The notes beneath the pieces were generated by a model. That model worked only from the letters and a program-made list of their open reading frames with translations. It ran no database searches and was not told the origin of the DNA. From assembly GCA_041665885.1 (NCBI GenBank), contig JBAYHY010000002.1:19129-83128 (forward strand): a stretch of DNA of 64,000 nt, given 5' to 3'. Position 1 is the first letter of the stretch. Each line of letters begins with the position of its first letter. The translations under genes were made by a program, and so were the position numbers. This DNA comes from Minisyncoccota bacterium. GTDB taxonomy: Bacteria > Patescibacteriota > Minisyncoccia > Phycocordibacterales > UBA9973. Shown here piece after piece: positions 53,539 through 63,637 of this stretch.

Positions 53539-53599
53539 GCACGGATTTTTTGAAGCTTAAAAAATCCTGAAATTCTCGGCTCGCCAGCCTCGAAACCCC
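53539..53599 (+). repeat. Type 3 repeat (copy 1): A/T hairpin ggattttttgaagcttaaaaaatcc plus ttctcggctcgccagcctcgaaacccc, ~40 nt upstream of pnp
   Basis: About 90% identical to 63578..63637, which sits upstream of comM. Confidence 0.6.
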
Positions 53600-53636
53600 T
53601 TCAGAAAGTTATATTTTATAAATTTTATAAAAATTT

Positions 53637-55751
53637 ATGCAAAAGAAAGAATATAGTGTAGAAATTGGAGGTAAAACATTAACCGCTATTTTTACCGACC
53701 TAGCAGAACAAGCTCACGGCTCGGTGATGTTAAAGTACGGCGAGACGATAGTCCTCGCCACGGCATGTATGTCTCACGACAAACAGGAGGGTTTGGGGTT
53801 TTTCAATTTAACGGTGGATTATGCGGAGAAATTTTATGCGGCAGGGAAAATCTTGGGCTCGCGTTTTGTGCGCCGAGAGGGAAAGGCTTCCGAGGAGGCC
53901 ATCTTGGCGAGTCGGGTGATAGATCGAACCCTTCGTCCGCTATTTGAACAATCTATCCGTCATGCTGTGCAAATCATTGTAACCGTCCTTTCTGTGGATG
54001 AAAATGATCCGACGATTTTGGCGGTGAACGCAGCATCTCTAGCCTTAGCTGTATCAAATATTCCATGGAATGGGCCGATAGGTTGCGTACGTATCGGCAA
54101 GTATGACGATGAGATTTTAAAGATAAACCCACCACAAGCTCTCCGCATCAACGAAGACACGGAATACAAATTTGATCTCACCGTTTGCGGGAAGAGCGGA
54201 AATATAAATATGATTGAGGCCTCCGCCCGCCAGGTGAAAGAGAGTGAGCTCGAAGAGGCGCTTCGGGTGGCGAGCGAGGAAATAACCAAACTCGAAAATT
54301 TCCAGAAAAAAATAATAGCCGAAATAGGCAAGGAAAAAAGGGTAATAGAAAAAGAAACAGCGTCTCCGGAATCAGTGGCGTTGTTCAATGAAAATATTCT
54401 ACCCCAAATGGAGGAAGCTATTTTTGAGGGGCCCGGAAAGGAAAAGATTGATGCTTTGCACAATGTCTGGAACAAAATAGTCAAAGAAAAATTTCCAGAC
54501 CGAAAAGATTTTGTGGTGGAGGATAATTTGTTTGATGACACAGAAAATGACATCTTGCACAAAAAAGCGATAAAAGAAGGAAAACGAGCCGACGGAAGAA
54601 CGATGGATGAACTGCGAGATTTATACGCACAAGCTGGCGGACTTTCTAATCAGCTGCATGGCACCGGAATCTTTTATCGCGGAGGTACGCACGTGCTTTC
54701 TGTCTTGACCTTGGGCGGACCGGAAGAGAGAAACTTAGTTGATGGTCTACAGCTTAAAGTAGAAAAAAGATTTATGCACCATTACAACTTTCCCCCATAT
54801 TCCGGAGGAGAGGTCGGAAGGTTTGGGTTTACTAATCGCAGGGAAACCGGACATGGCGCGCTCGCCGAAAAAGCGCTCGCGATGGTGTTGCCCGCCGTTT
54901 CCGAATTCCCATATACGATGCGCCTCGTTTCCGAATCAATGGCTTCGAATGGTTCTACTTCTCAGGCCTCGATTTGTGCGGGGACACTTGCGCTTTTAGA
55001 CGGAGGGGTGCCGATAAAAGCTTCAGTCGCCGGTATCGCTATGGGGCTTATGCATGAGACTGATGAAAAATATAAAATTTTGACTGACATTCAGGGGCCG
55101 GAAGATCACTATGGAGATATGGACTTTAAGGTGGCCGGAACGAGAGAGGGTGTCACTGCGATACAACTTGACGTGAAAGTAGAGGGAGTGCCGATAAAAA
55201 TATTGGGTGAAGCGATGCTCCAAGCAAAAAAGGCGAGAGTGCAAATTCTCGATAGACTCGAAAAAGAAATTGCCAAGCCACGCGAAACTATTTCTCCGAA
55301 AGCACCGAGAATTTTGATTATTAAAATTGATCCGGAGAAAATCGGTATGGTCATCGGCGGAGGTGGTAAAACGATAAAAGAAATTAAAGAAAAAACTGGC
55401 GCAGAAATAACCATAGAAGACGACGGCACAGTGTATCTGACCGGCAAAGACGGCTCGGCGGAAAAGGCAAAAGCAACAGTAGAAGAAATGACCCATGAAT
55501 TTAAGGTGGGCGAAGTGCTAAAGGGAGAAGTGGTGAAAATTGCCGACTTCGGAGTGTTTGTCAGTCTGAATCCTTTCACGGATGGCATGGTTCACGTCTC
55601 TGAGATGGCCCCATTCCGCGTGGAGAGAATAAGCGATATAATAAAAGAAGGAATGATTGTGCCCGTGAAAGTCATCAACATCGATGCCGAGAGGGGCAGA
55701 ATCGGTTTGTCCATTAAAGAGGCGGATAAAGAATTCTTTAAGAAGTCCTAG
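53637..55751 (+). CDS. pnp: polyribonucleotide nucleotidyltransferase (PNPase)
   Basis: Two RNase PH domains (..FHYNFPPYSGGEVGRFG..RRETGHGALAEKAL..) plus KH and S1 domains at the C-terminus. Confidence 0.95.
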   Translation: MQKKEYSVEIGGKTLTAIFTDLAEQAHGSVMLKYGETIVLATACMSHDKQEGLGFFNLTVDYAEKFYAAGKILGSRFVRREGKASEEAILASRVIDRTLRPLFEQSIRHAVQIIVTVLSVDENDPTILAVNAASLALAVSNIPWNGPIGCVRIGKYDDEILKINPPQALRINEDTEYKFDLTVCGKSGNINMIEASARQVKESELEEALRVASEEITKLENFQKKIIAEIGKEKRVIEKETASPESVALFNENILPQMEEAIFEGPGKEKIDALHNVWNKIVKEKFPDRKDFVVEDNLFDDTENDILHKKAIKEGKRADGRTMDELRDLYAQAGGLSNQLHGTGIFYRGGTHVLSVLTLGGPEERNLVDGLQLKVEKRFMHHYNFPPYSGGEVGRFGFTNRRETGHGALAEKALAMVLPAVSEFPYTMRLVSESMASNGSTSQASICAGTLALLDGGVPIKASVAGIAMGLMHETDEKYKILTDIQGPEDHYGDMDFKVAGTREGVTAIQLDVKVEGVPIKILGEAMLQAKKARVQILDRLEKEIAKPRETISPKAPRILIIKIDPEKIGMVIGGGGKTIKEIKEKTGAEITIEDDGTVYLTGKDGSAEKAKATVEEMTHEFKVGEVLKGEVVKIADFGVFVSLNPFTDGMVHVSEMAPFRVERISDIIKEGMIVPVKVINIDAERGRIGLSIKEADKEFFKKS

Positions 55752-55763
55752 TATTTTTAAAAT

Positions 55764-56660
55764 ATGGAGCCAGAAAATAAAATAAAACCCACCAGAAGTG
55801 AAATAAAAAGTCCCGCGATTATAGAAACCTATGCCGACGATATGGCGGAGGTTTTGGAAAATGATACAGAGGGTTTGGTAAAAAAAATAATTCAAGAAGA
55901 AGAAGGGCACGAGGCGGAGAAAAAAAACCTATCTCCTGAATCAAATAGGAATAAAATTTTTATGCTTGCTGGCGCGGTTCTCGTGCTCGCTTCTGTGGCT
56001 ATTTTATTTTTCTTTGTTTTAAACAAAAATAAAGATACCGTTTTGGTTCAAAAACAGTTCGTGCCACCTATCTTTAATGAAAAAACTACCCTGCTTGAGG
56101 TCGGAAATCTAAAGAAAGAACAAATAGCGCAAACTGTTTTAAATGAAGTTAATGCCACTGAAGTAAAATCTGGAGGAGTGGAGGGCATCTATCTTTCTGA
56201 AAATAAACAGCTCATAGGTTTGCGTCGTTTCCTCTCCTTGGCCGGCAGTAGCTTTGCCCCCGGAGACGACACTTTTTTTGTTAAAGATAGTTTTTTGATG
56301 GGAGTGGTAAATGTGAAAGCGGGGGACATAAGGGCGCCTGGAGAGGGATTTTTTATCCTTCTTGAGGTTCGTTCCACGGCGGATGTTTTTGACGCTTTGC
56401 GCGACTGGGAAGGGAAAATATTTTCTGATTTGCATGGATTCTTGGGAATTCCGCTCTCAAGCGATACGGGCTATCTCCTTAATAAAAGTTTTGTAGACGG
56501 CATAATAGAAAATAAAAATGCCCGCATTCTTTACGATAACGATGGAAAAATAGTCCTCGCTTATATTTTTACCAGTGACACTTCTGTGACCATCACGAAC
56601 TCAGCCGAGGCCACGCACGAAATAGTGCTTCGCCTCACCTCCGCCTCTCAAAAGCATTAG
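55764..56660 (+). CDS. hypothetical single-pass membrane protein with a ~220-aa extracytoplasmic domain
   Basis: Acidic N-terminus, TM helix IFMLAGAVLVLASVAILFFFVL. No motif recognised. Confidence 0.4.
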   Translation: MEPENKIKPTRSEIKSPAIIETYADDMAEVLENDTEGLVKKIIQEEEGHEAEKKNLSPESNRNKIFMLAGAVLVLASVAILFFFVLNKNKDTVLVQKQFVPPIFNEKTTLLEVGNLKKEQIAQTVLNEVNATEVKSGGVEGIYLSENKQLIGLRRFLSLAGSSFAPGDDTFFVKDSFLMGVVNVKAGDIRAPGEGFFILLEVRSTADVFDALRDWEGKIFSDLHGFLGIPLSSDTGYLLNKSFVDGIIENKNARILYDNDGKIVLAYIFTSDTSVTITNSAEATHEIVLRLTSASQKH

Positions 56661-56695
56661 ATAAAAAACTTTGATACAGAATAATACAGATTGTT

Positions 56696-58303
56696 TTATA
56701 TTGTAGGGAGTTCTACGTAGAATTGGGAACCCTTGTTCTCGCCCTCGGATTCGGCCCAAACACGGCCGGCGTGCGCATCCACGATGAGTTTGACGGTGAA
56801 GAGGCCATAGCCGGTCGAATCCACGTTGATTTCGACGGATTTCGCACCTCTGCCGCCTTCGGTAAATAGGTGTTTTTTATCCTCTTCATTTATGCCTACG
56901 CCGTTATCTTTCACGGAGAACAGAATTTTGTTGTTGTGTTTTTTAAGATCAACCATAATCTTTCCTTCCTTCGTGTATTTGATGGAATTTTCCAATAAAT
57001 TATTTACTACTTCTTTGAGCCAGAATGAGTCACCCGTGACACTATATGTTCCGTCCTCTATTTTTGTTTCTATCACAAGACCTTTCTTTTCGGCTGAAAT
57101 TTTCTTTTCAGAAATGGTTTCTTCTACTAAATTCCTAAAATCAGTGGTTTTCATATCATACTTGATGAGACCATTTTGCATATTGGCAACGTTTAGCACC
57201 AAGTCAACGGTTTGGATTCCATTGTCGTCGAATTCAAGACCCTGTTCGGCACGTTTTTTTATTTCAGAAGAAATTTCTCCGAAAGTGCCGTCTAGCATTC
57301 CGGCAAAAAGAAACTTTATGCGAGTAAACGAACCCTTCACTTTGTGAGTGATAAGGTGCACCAAGCTTTCCCTTTGCTTCAAGAGAAATGCCAATTGTTT
57401 TCTTTGTTCTATTTCTTTTTTAACGGATTTGACCAGGTAATAACCCAAAATTATTGAAGCAGCGAAAGTAATTCCGTTCAGTACTCTATTTATCGGGGTT
57501 CTGATAAAGAAAAATTGCGAACCGATAAGTGCAATGAGTCCCCAGATTAGTGCCTGCGTGGCAAGAAGCTTGATGTTAAAGGCCTTGTATTTCACAACCA
57601 TATAGGTGACAGTTACTAGGAAGACAATCATCCCTATAAAACCGAACTCTTCGAATCCAGCCGAGTATCCAAAAATTGTTGGGTTCCACGTAAAAAACAA
57701 AGAAAAAAGCATGGAACTAAGACCAAGCGCCAATAAAACCGTTTTGGTTTTCTCTGATTTTTTTTCATTTTTTATAAAAAGTTCCTTAATTGTCAGGATA
57801 AACATCCACAAAACAGACAAAAGCAACACACTATTTTGATAGGAGACAATTAAACTATTTTCGACAACTTCGCAGTTGTATACATCAAAATATTGCATAT
57901 TGTAACCCCAAAAAACAATGGGTATAAAAGCCGCAATAACTATGATCCCCAGGGTTTTATAAAGAAAAGGTAAGCCCTTCTCGTCCTTTAAAAAAATATA
58001 GAATAAGTAAAGGGAAAAAACAGGTAAAAGCAAAAAAACAAACTGGTTGATAAACCAAAAAAGAGTTAAAATCTCAACGTCCCCACTAATCCAAATAATA
58101 ATATTAGTGGCAAACAGCAGAAAAAATGCAAAGGTTAACATTAACAAAACCAGAGAAGACTTTTTTTTATCACCAAACCTGAAAATCAAAAAACCCAAAA
58201 GCAAAGAAACAATTGCTGCTGGAACATGGGAATAATATAACAAAGAAGGTATTTCTGGAGAAAAAAGCGATATAAAAGGCTGACTTAGTCCTGTGCAAAA
58301 CAT
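56696..58303 (-). CDS. sensor histidine kinase with a polytopic N-terminal membrane domain
   Basis: About 7-8 TM helices, H-box ..LITHKVKGSF.., and HATPase_c N/G boxes ..NLLENSIKYT.., DNGVGI, GYGL. Confidence 0.8.
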   Translation of the reverse strand: MFCTGLSQPFISLFSPEIPSLLYYSHVPAAIVSLLLGFLIFRFGDKKKSSLVLLMLTFAFFLLFATNIIIWISGDVEILTLFWFINQFVFLLLPVFSLYLFYIFLKDEKGLPFLYKTLGIIVIAAFIPIVFWGYNMQYFDVYNCEVVENSLIVSYQNSVLLLSVLWMFILTIKELFIKNEKKSEKTKTVLLALGLSSMLFSLFFTWNPTIFGYSAGFEEFGFIGMIVFLVTVTYMVVKYKAFNIKLLATQALIWGLIALIGSQFFFIRTPINRVLNGITFAASIILGYYLVKSVKKEIEQRKQLAFLLKQRESLVHLITHKVKGSFTRIKFLFAGMLDGTFGEISSEIKKRAEQGLEFDDNGIQTVDLVLNVANMQNGLIKYDMKTTDFRNLVEETISEKKISAEKKGLVIETKIEDGTYSVTGDSFWLKEVVNNLLENSIKYTKEGKIMVDLKKHNNKILFSVKDNGVGINEEDKKHLFTEGGRGAKSVEINVDSTGYGLFTVKLIVDAHAGRVWAESEGENKGSQFYVELPTI

Positions 58304-58311
58304 ATTTTTTA

Positions 58312-58710
58312 TTATTCAACGTTATCTATTAATGGACTGTTTTCATCTGGTTGTGAATTATCTACTGGTTGATTTTCTTCTTGATTGTCCTCTTCAACCT
58401 TAAGGCTGCATGCTCCATCGTTTTGGCATTTTTCAAGACATTGATTAAAATCAAAACTATCACAATTTTGTAAAAAATAATTTTCTCTTAATAGCACAAA
58501 TCTTGTAGGGCTTAATTCTCCATCAATTTCCACACAAGTATTAGAATCTGTGTCGCAATCTTCAGGAAATCTTATAAAAAAATCATGTTTCGCATAAATT
58601 TTTATAAAAATAACAGCAACAACAGCAAGCAAAACGATCATGAATGTTGTCTTGAACCAATACCTATTAATAATTTTTGAGAACGCAGTTGTTTTTATTG
58701 ACATAATCAA
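58312..58710 (-). CDS. small membrane-anchored Cys-rich protein
   Basis: N-terminal TM, six Cys in ..CDTDSNTCVE...CDSFDFNQCLEKCQNDGAC... Confidence 0.35.
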   Translation of the reverse strand: MIMSIKTTAFSKIINRYWFKTTFMIVLLAVVAVIFIKIYAKHDFFIRFPEDCDTDSNTCVEIDGELSPTRFVLLRENYFLQNCDSFDFNQCLEKCQNDGACSLKVEEDNQEENQPVDNSQPDENSPLIDNVE

Positions 58711-59485
58711 CTAATGAATTATTGATATTTTTATTATAGCACCACCAAAAGAAATCTTCATCTTTGTTTTGGTTGTCTGGGTATAACTTTACAATAATCG
58801 GGCTAAGGCCGAATTTTTTTTCTAAAAAATTAATAGCAGGGATAGCAACTTCTTCTGTGAACTTATATTCATGTGTTTCAGGGTTAGTTTCAAAATTTTC
58901 GAACAATACCCCGTGGCAAATAAAATTTGCTAAATATTGTGGATAATAATCTTTTGGTTTGCCATAAGACTTGAAATATTTGCTTACCTCGGATATTTCC
59001 CCAGTGGGATATTGGGAAATATTAAATAAATTATGATGAAAATCTATCAAACTTTCTCCAGAAACAACCCTTACCTCCGGTAGTTGTTTTCCGTGGTATT
59101 CTTTAAAATTAACTATGTCCGCTAATTTTTTTGTTCCGTCTGGCCATAAAAGATGTATTCTAGATAAACCCAATTTTTCTTCACTTAATCCTATAAACAA
59201 ATCATCGGTATATTCTGACAACAACGATTTAAGTCCTAAATATTTTGCGTTTAAATAAAAAAAATCATAACCGTTGTCAGGAGACATTATGCTTCTTACG
59301 AGGACAGCTCTCGGCTCATCTGTTGAAAGTCCGGGTAAAAAATTACTAGCCAAAAAATCCTCAACCTTCTTTTTCAAGTTATTATCCTTCCACCTTCTTT
59401 TTATCTCTCCCCTTGCTTCGTCTAAGCTGTAATAAATATTATTTTTCATATGTTCAAGATATATACCAACGTGGTGCCTATACAA
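58667..59485 (-). CDS. unknown-function protein, paralog of 60374..61186 (conserved D-F-H and C-x-G-hLFENF blocks)
   Basis: Pairwise similarity to the 60374 ORF: ..GESLIDFHHNLF.. against ..GEPLVDFHKKLF.., and ..FICHGVLFENF.. against ..VTCFGILFENF... Confidence 0.4.
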   Translation of the reverse strand: MYRHHVGIYLEHMKNNIYYSLDEARGEIKRRWKDNNLKKKVEDFLASNFLPGLSTDEPRAVLVRSIMSPDNGYDFFYLNAKYLGLKSLLSEYTDDLFIGLSEEKLGLSRIHLLWPDGTKKLADIVNFKEYHGKQLPEVRVVSGESLIDFHHNLFNISQYPTGEISEVSKYFKSYGKPKDYYPQYLANFICHGVLFENFETNPETHEYKFTEEVAIPAINFLEKKFGLSPIIVKLYPDNQNKDEDFFWWCYNKNINNSLVDYVNKNNCVLKNY

Positions 59486-60372
59486 ATAATCAAAATACTA
59501 ACAATTTCTTTTATCAAATTTTTCCGCTTTATTTTTTCTTCAAAAATTTTAGGGGAAACGAAATAAAATAGAAAAGCCCAAAAAAGAACAAAAATTGGTT
59601 GATAAGAATCCGCCAAAGAGACCAGGGCGACCGGAGCCATTATTAAGGCAAACTGAACGCAGAGGTTACTAATTAGTACAAGAATCTCGGCGGTAATGTT
59701 AAGTGTCATTATTTTCCCCTTGTTTTCTTTGAATACCCACAAAAATCTTTTTCTGTAATTTTTAATAAAAATAAAGATAAACAAGCCAGTGATGAAGAGT
59801 CCAAAATTTTCCCAAAAAATTGAAGTCCAAAAAGAGCTTTCTAAAGCTATTTTTTTAAAAATGATACCATTAAATGAGAAAAGAAATGATGACACGAGCA
59901 TCAAAGTCACGGCCTTTTTTTTGAATCGATAACTATTTACTTCGTCGAGTTCCAGGGATAAAATTATTGAACCAGCAATTATCACAAGCATTCCAATCAC
60001 TTGTAAGGTTGTGATGGTTTCTCCTAGAAAAAAATATCCTAATATTAAAAAAAAGATAGGGATTGTCTGGAAAAAGGGGACGACAACTGTCACCTCTTCA
60101 TCCTCTAGTGCAAAGAGGTAAGCAAAAACAGCCAGGGCACTTAAAATACCCAATACTGTTAGAATAATCATAAATAGTATGGGCATGCCAAAAATATTTT
60201 CTGTGGAAAAAAACCAAGCAACCGGCAAAACCAAAACACCAGCCAACGAGGAAAAAACCATAAGTGCGCCCACTCCGCCATCCTTGAAATACTTTTCAAG
60301 CATGTATTTATCAACGTGATTTACTAGAGCTAAAAGTAAGGGGCTAACAAAAGCAAGCAATATCCAATGCAT
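59446..60372 (-). CDS. EamA/DMT-superfamily transporter (10 TM)
   Basis: Two 5-TM EamA-like halves; highly hydrophobic. Confidence 0.6.
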   Translation of the reverse strand: MHWILLAFVSPLLLALVNHVDKYMLEKYFKDGGVGALMVFSSLAGVLVLPVAWFFSTENIFGMPILFMIILTVLGILSALAVFAYLFALEDEEVTVVVPFFQTIPIFFLILGYFFLGETITTLQVIGMLVIIAGSIILSLELDEVNSYRFKKKAVTLMLVSSFLFSFNGIIFKKIALESSFWTSIFWENFGLFITGLFIFIFIKNYRKRFLWVFKENKGKIMTLNITAEILVLISNLCVQFALIMAPVALVSLADSYQPIFVLFWAFLFYFVSPKIFEEKIKRKNLIKEIVSILIICIGTTLVYILNI

Positions 60373-60373
60373 A

Positions 60374-61186
60374 TTATTTTAAATAATTTTTAATTGAACT
60401 TTTAATTACTGGGGAATGATAATACCAAAAATCAGCGGTCTCAAGGTCCATTGATTCAATGGGGACTATTAATGGTTTTACCCCCGTTAGGTTGATAACC
60501 TTTTCCAGTGCCGGTAAAACCACATCCCTTGTAAATTCACCCTCAATGCCTTCTTTTAACAACAAAAAATTTTCGAACAGAATTCCAAAGCAAGTGACCA
60601 GTAAAAAGAATCGAACATAGAACTCAATAGGCTTTTCGTTGCCCTTTTTATACCAATCCGTTTCCTCAAAAAACGAAAAGTCTTTCAACTTATGTAGCTC
60701 AAAAAGTTTTTTATGGAAATCTACCAAGGGTTCACCCCACAGGGTTTTGATTTCTCTTAATTTTTTTCCGTCTGCTTTACCAAAATCAATGATGGAGATT
60801 TTTTCAACGCAGCGGTCCCCGTTTTTGTCGATTTTATTTTGTATATGTAATTTTCCCAAAGAGTGCTTGTATTTATTTACGGAAGTAAATTTGTCATCGA
60901 AATATTCCAGAAAAACCGGGTGCAGGCCGACTTCATTTGCTAAATTTATAAATCTTATATTTTCATAGTTTGGCGTGGCTAGTTGTCTCGCCATGATAGC
61001 GCATTTTTTTTCTCGAAAAACTTCCGGAATATTTCCGTTTAATAATTTTTTTACTCTTGCCATGAGTACCGGATCCTTTTGTCTTTCGTTGAGTAGCCGA
61101 ACCGCATCAGATAAGGGAGTGTATACAACCTGATTAAAAAGATTTCGATCAGAGGTTATTTTTTTATAATTGCCAATTTCAATCAT
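60374..61186 (-). CDS. unknown-function protein, paralog of 58667..59485
   Basis: See the 58667 entry; the two paralogs flank the DMT transporter. Confidence 0.4.
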   Translation of the reverse strand: MIEIGNYKKITSDRNLFNQVVYTPLSDAVRLLNERQKDPVLMARVKKLLNGNIPEVFREKKCAIMARQLATPNYENIRFINLANEVGLHPVFLEYFDDKFTSVNKYKHSLGKLHIQNKIDKNGDRCVEKISIIDFGKADGKKLREIKTLWGEPLVDFHKKLFELHKLKDFSFFEETDWYKKGNEKPIEFYVRFFLLVTCFGILFENFLLLKEGIEGEFTRDVVLPALEKVINLTGVKPLIVPIESMDLETADFWYYHSPVIKSSIKNYLK

Positions 61187-61328
61187 ACTTTTTACCTACC
61201 CCTAAAAATTTTATTGTGGGATGATTATACCACAAAACTCTTTTATTATAAAGAGTTTACGAAGTTATCTATTTTTTAAAAAAGACAGATTGATGATTTT
61301 ATTTTTGTAGGGAGCGACTTTAGTTTTT

Positions 61329-61904
61329 TTAAATATATGGGTTTTCCATATCAAAAACTATTTTGGGAGTGCGGTCGTTGACTTGTTCTTCGGTTATTCC
61401 GTGTTTTTCTGCAATTAAAGCACCTGCTGCGCAGAATTTTGCTTTATTCCAATCGAAGCCAAGTTTTTCCGAAACATTTTTCACTTCTTCTTCTGAATGG
61501 CCTTCAACCTCGACATAGGGTTCCAGGAAAGGCCATTCATCTATGGTTATTTCCACGCCGTTTAATTTCCAAAGTTCGCGCTTGCTTTCCTGATATGACT
61601 TGGGCTCGCAACCGAGCAATTCTAAAAGGTTAACAGCTTCATCGAAATTATTTACCTCAAGACACAGTTCTTTTTGGTCTTCTATTTTATCTCCGTGAAA
61701 TGCTTTATAGCTCAGAGTAATTTTATTTCCTTCGTCGCGAACTCTGATAAATTTATTTTCTGCCCGTTTCCCTTTCGGGAGGTGAAATGGAATTCGTTTT
61801 TGTAAAAATTCTGGTCGTACTAATAATGCGCCCGCCTTCTTTAGGCGTTCTCGCATTTCATCTTTATTTATATTTGGAAAAGTCGCTTCGTATTCTATTT
61901 GCAT
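61329..61904 (-). CDS. CYTH-domain protein (class IV adenylyl cyclase / triphosphatase family)
   Basis: N-terminal MQIEYEATF (the ExExK-type motif) and beta-barrel acidic residues typical of CYTH. Confidence 0.6.
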   Translation of the reverse strand: MQIEYEATFPNINKDEMRERLKKAGALLVRPEFLQKRIPFHLPKGKRAENKFIRVRDEGNKITLSYKAFHGDKIEDQKELCLEVNNFDEAVNLLELLGCEPKSYQESKRELWKLNGVEITIDEWPFLEPYVEVEGHSEEEVKNVSEKLGFDWNKAKFCAAGALIAEKHGITEEQVNDRTPKIVFDMENPYI

Positions 61905-61905
61905 T

Positions 61906-63072
61906 TTATTTTAACTTTTCTATTTTCTCCCACGGGAGGTTTGGTTTACCGAAGTGGCCGTAGGTGGCGGTTTGAAAAAAGATTGGCTTGCGAAGACCGA
62001 GGCGTTCAATAATAGAGAGTGGTTTGAAGTCAAAATTTTTGCGAACCACTTCCGACAAGTCTTCACCCTTCTCGTTTATCGCCTCTATCATGAGGGGCTC
62101 TGCCATGCCGATAGCGTAAGCGACGGAGACGAGCGCTTCCTTGCCGTAACCATTCGCCACTAAATTCTTCGCGACGAAGCGCGCCATGTAAGCGCCGGAG
62201 CGGTCCACCTTCGTGGCGTCTTTCCCTGAGAAACATCCTCCGCCGTGTGGAATGATTCCTCCGTAAGTGTCCACCATTATTTTGCGTCCGGTTAATCCTG
62301 TGTCGGCCTCGAAGCCTCCTTGGATAAATTTACCTGTTGGGTTCACTAAAATTTTCACGTTTCGCTGTTCCTCGGGTGTGAGTAACGGGTAAATTATTTT
62401 TTCCGTGATTTCTTTTCTAATTTCTTCCAGTGAAACTTCTGGTGTGTGTTGAGCAGATACGAGGACGGTATTCAGTTTGCCATTCGTATAAGTGACTTGA
62501 GTTTTGCCGTCGGGGCGTAACCAAGGAATGTTGGCGGGGAAGATGTTCCCGGACTCACCACGAGAATTTTCTGCTGAAAATTCTCTCTGTCCGTCGTCGC
62601 CACTCCTTCCAAGGGTTCGCTCGGTAACATCTTTCCCGCCACGGCGCGCCTCCTCCAGCCGTTTCGCCAGTTTGTGCACGAGGACGACACCCTTCGGTAG
62701 AAATTCCGGCGTTTCGTCCGTCGCGAAGCCATACATGATGCCTTGGTCGCCGGCGCCACCATTGTCCACTCCCTGGGCTATTTCCGAGGACTGGGTGACG
62801 AGGTGGGCAGAAATTTCAAGTTTATTTTCATACCCGATCTTTTTATAAACATCGCGAGCAATTTTTACATAATCAACTTCTCCTCCCGAGGTCACCTCTC
62901 CGCCTATTGTGAGCCGGCCATGACCACCGAAAACCTCTACCGCCACGCGGCTTTTGGGGTCTTGCGCTAAATAAGCATCTAAAATAGCATCGGAAACTTG
63001 GTCGCAAATCTTATCCGGATGTCCGGAGGTTACGCTCTCTACTGTGTAGTTGTCATTATGCTTGTAAAACAT
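61906..63072 (-). CDS. metK: S-adenosylmethionine synthetase with an in-frame Type 1 element insertion
   Basis: ..[24 protein letters not shown].., GGGAFSGKD, ..[12 protein letters not shown]... Insertion peptide ..[31 protein letters not shown]... Confidence 0.9.
   Translation of the reverse strand: [388 protein letters not shown]
62547..62634. repeat. Type 1 palindromic element (copy D) in frame in metK
   Basis: gttcccggactcaccacgagaattttctgctgaaaattctctctgtccgtcgtcgccactccttccaagggttcgctcgg, with matching TIRs gggaagatgttcccg / cggtaacatctttccc. Confidence 0.7.
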
Positions 63073-63118
63073 AAGTATGAGTATAGCATTGATTAGTTTT
63101 TTTCATAATGCTATGATT

Positions 63119-63195
63119 TAGGCACTTGTCCCGTACTAAATTTTTGATTACGGGACATAAAGATAAATATTATTAGTTAAAATTTTAGTACCGGG
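63119..63195 (+). promoter_or_regulatory. conserved inverted-repeat leader (copy 3 of 3) abutting the dksA-like start codon
   Basis: CACTTGTCCCGTACTAAATTTTTGATT..(30 nt)..TTAAAATTTTAGTACCGGG-ATG. Confidence 0.55.
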
Positions 63196-63552
63196 ATGTT
63201 GGATAAAAAGAAAATTAAAGAAAAACTGGAAAAAGAGAGGGATGAATTGCTCGAAGAGATGAAGGATATGGGCAAGTTTGATATTGAGACGGGCGAATGG
63301 GAGACCACGCCGGAAGAATTGGATTTTCCCGATACTGATGACAACGACAAGGCGGACCGCTTTGAAGATTTTGAAGCGAGGAGCTCGATGATGAAAACTC
63401 TGGAGCCGAGACTGAAAAATATTTTGAAAGCATTGAAAGGGATAAACAGAGAATCTTTCGGTAAGTGTGAAATTTGCAAAAAAGATATTGAGATGAGTCG
63501 CCTGGAAGCAAATCCGGCAGCCCGCACCTGTAAGAAACACATAGAAAGTTAA
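63196..63552 (+). CDS. DksA/TraR-family C4 zinc-finger protein
   Basis: Coiled-coil N-terminus and C-terminal ..CEICKKDIEMSRLEANPAARTCKKH. Confidence 0.65.
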   Translation: MLDKKKIKEKLEKERDELLEEMKDMGKFDIETGEWETTPEELDFPDTDDNDKADRFEDFEARSSMMKTLEPRLKNILKALKGINRESFGKCEICKKDIEMSRLEANPAARTCKKHIES

Positions 63553-63577
63553 ATTTTTTAGTATATTTTTCTAGGGT

Positions 63578-63637
63578 ACGGATTTTTTGAAGCTTTAAAA
63601 ATCCTGAAGTTCTCGGCTCGACAGCCTCGAAACCCCC
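63578..63637 (+). repeat. Type 3 repeat (copy 2), ~40 nt upstream of the comM/yifB-like gene
   Basis: acggattttttgaagctttaaaaatcctgaagttctcggctcgacagcctcgaaacccc. Confidence 0.6.

Noticed and set aside
37249-62634. Possibility that the repeated ~90-nt elements form a CRISPR array or are intein/intron sequences.
   Set aside because: Copies are dispersed over tens of kb and not regularly spaced with unique spacers. They are far too short for inteins or group I/II introns and lack their conserved motifs. They remain in frame with host ORFs, like RPE-type elements.
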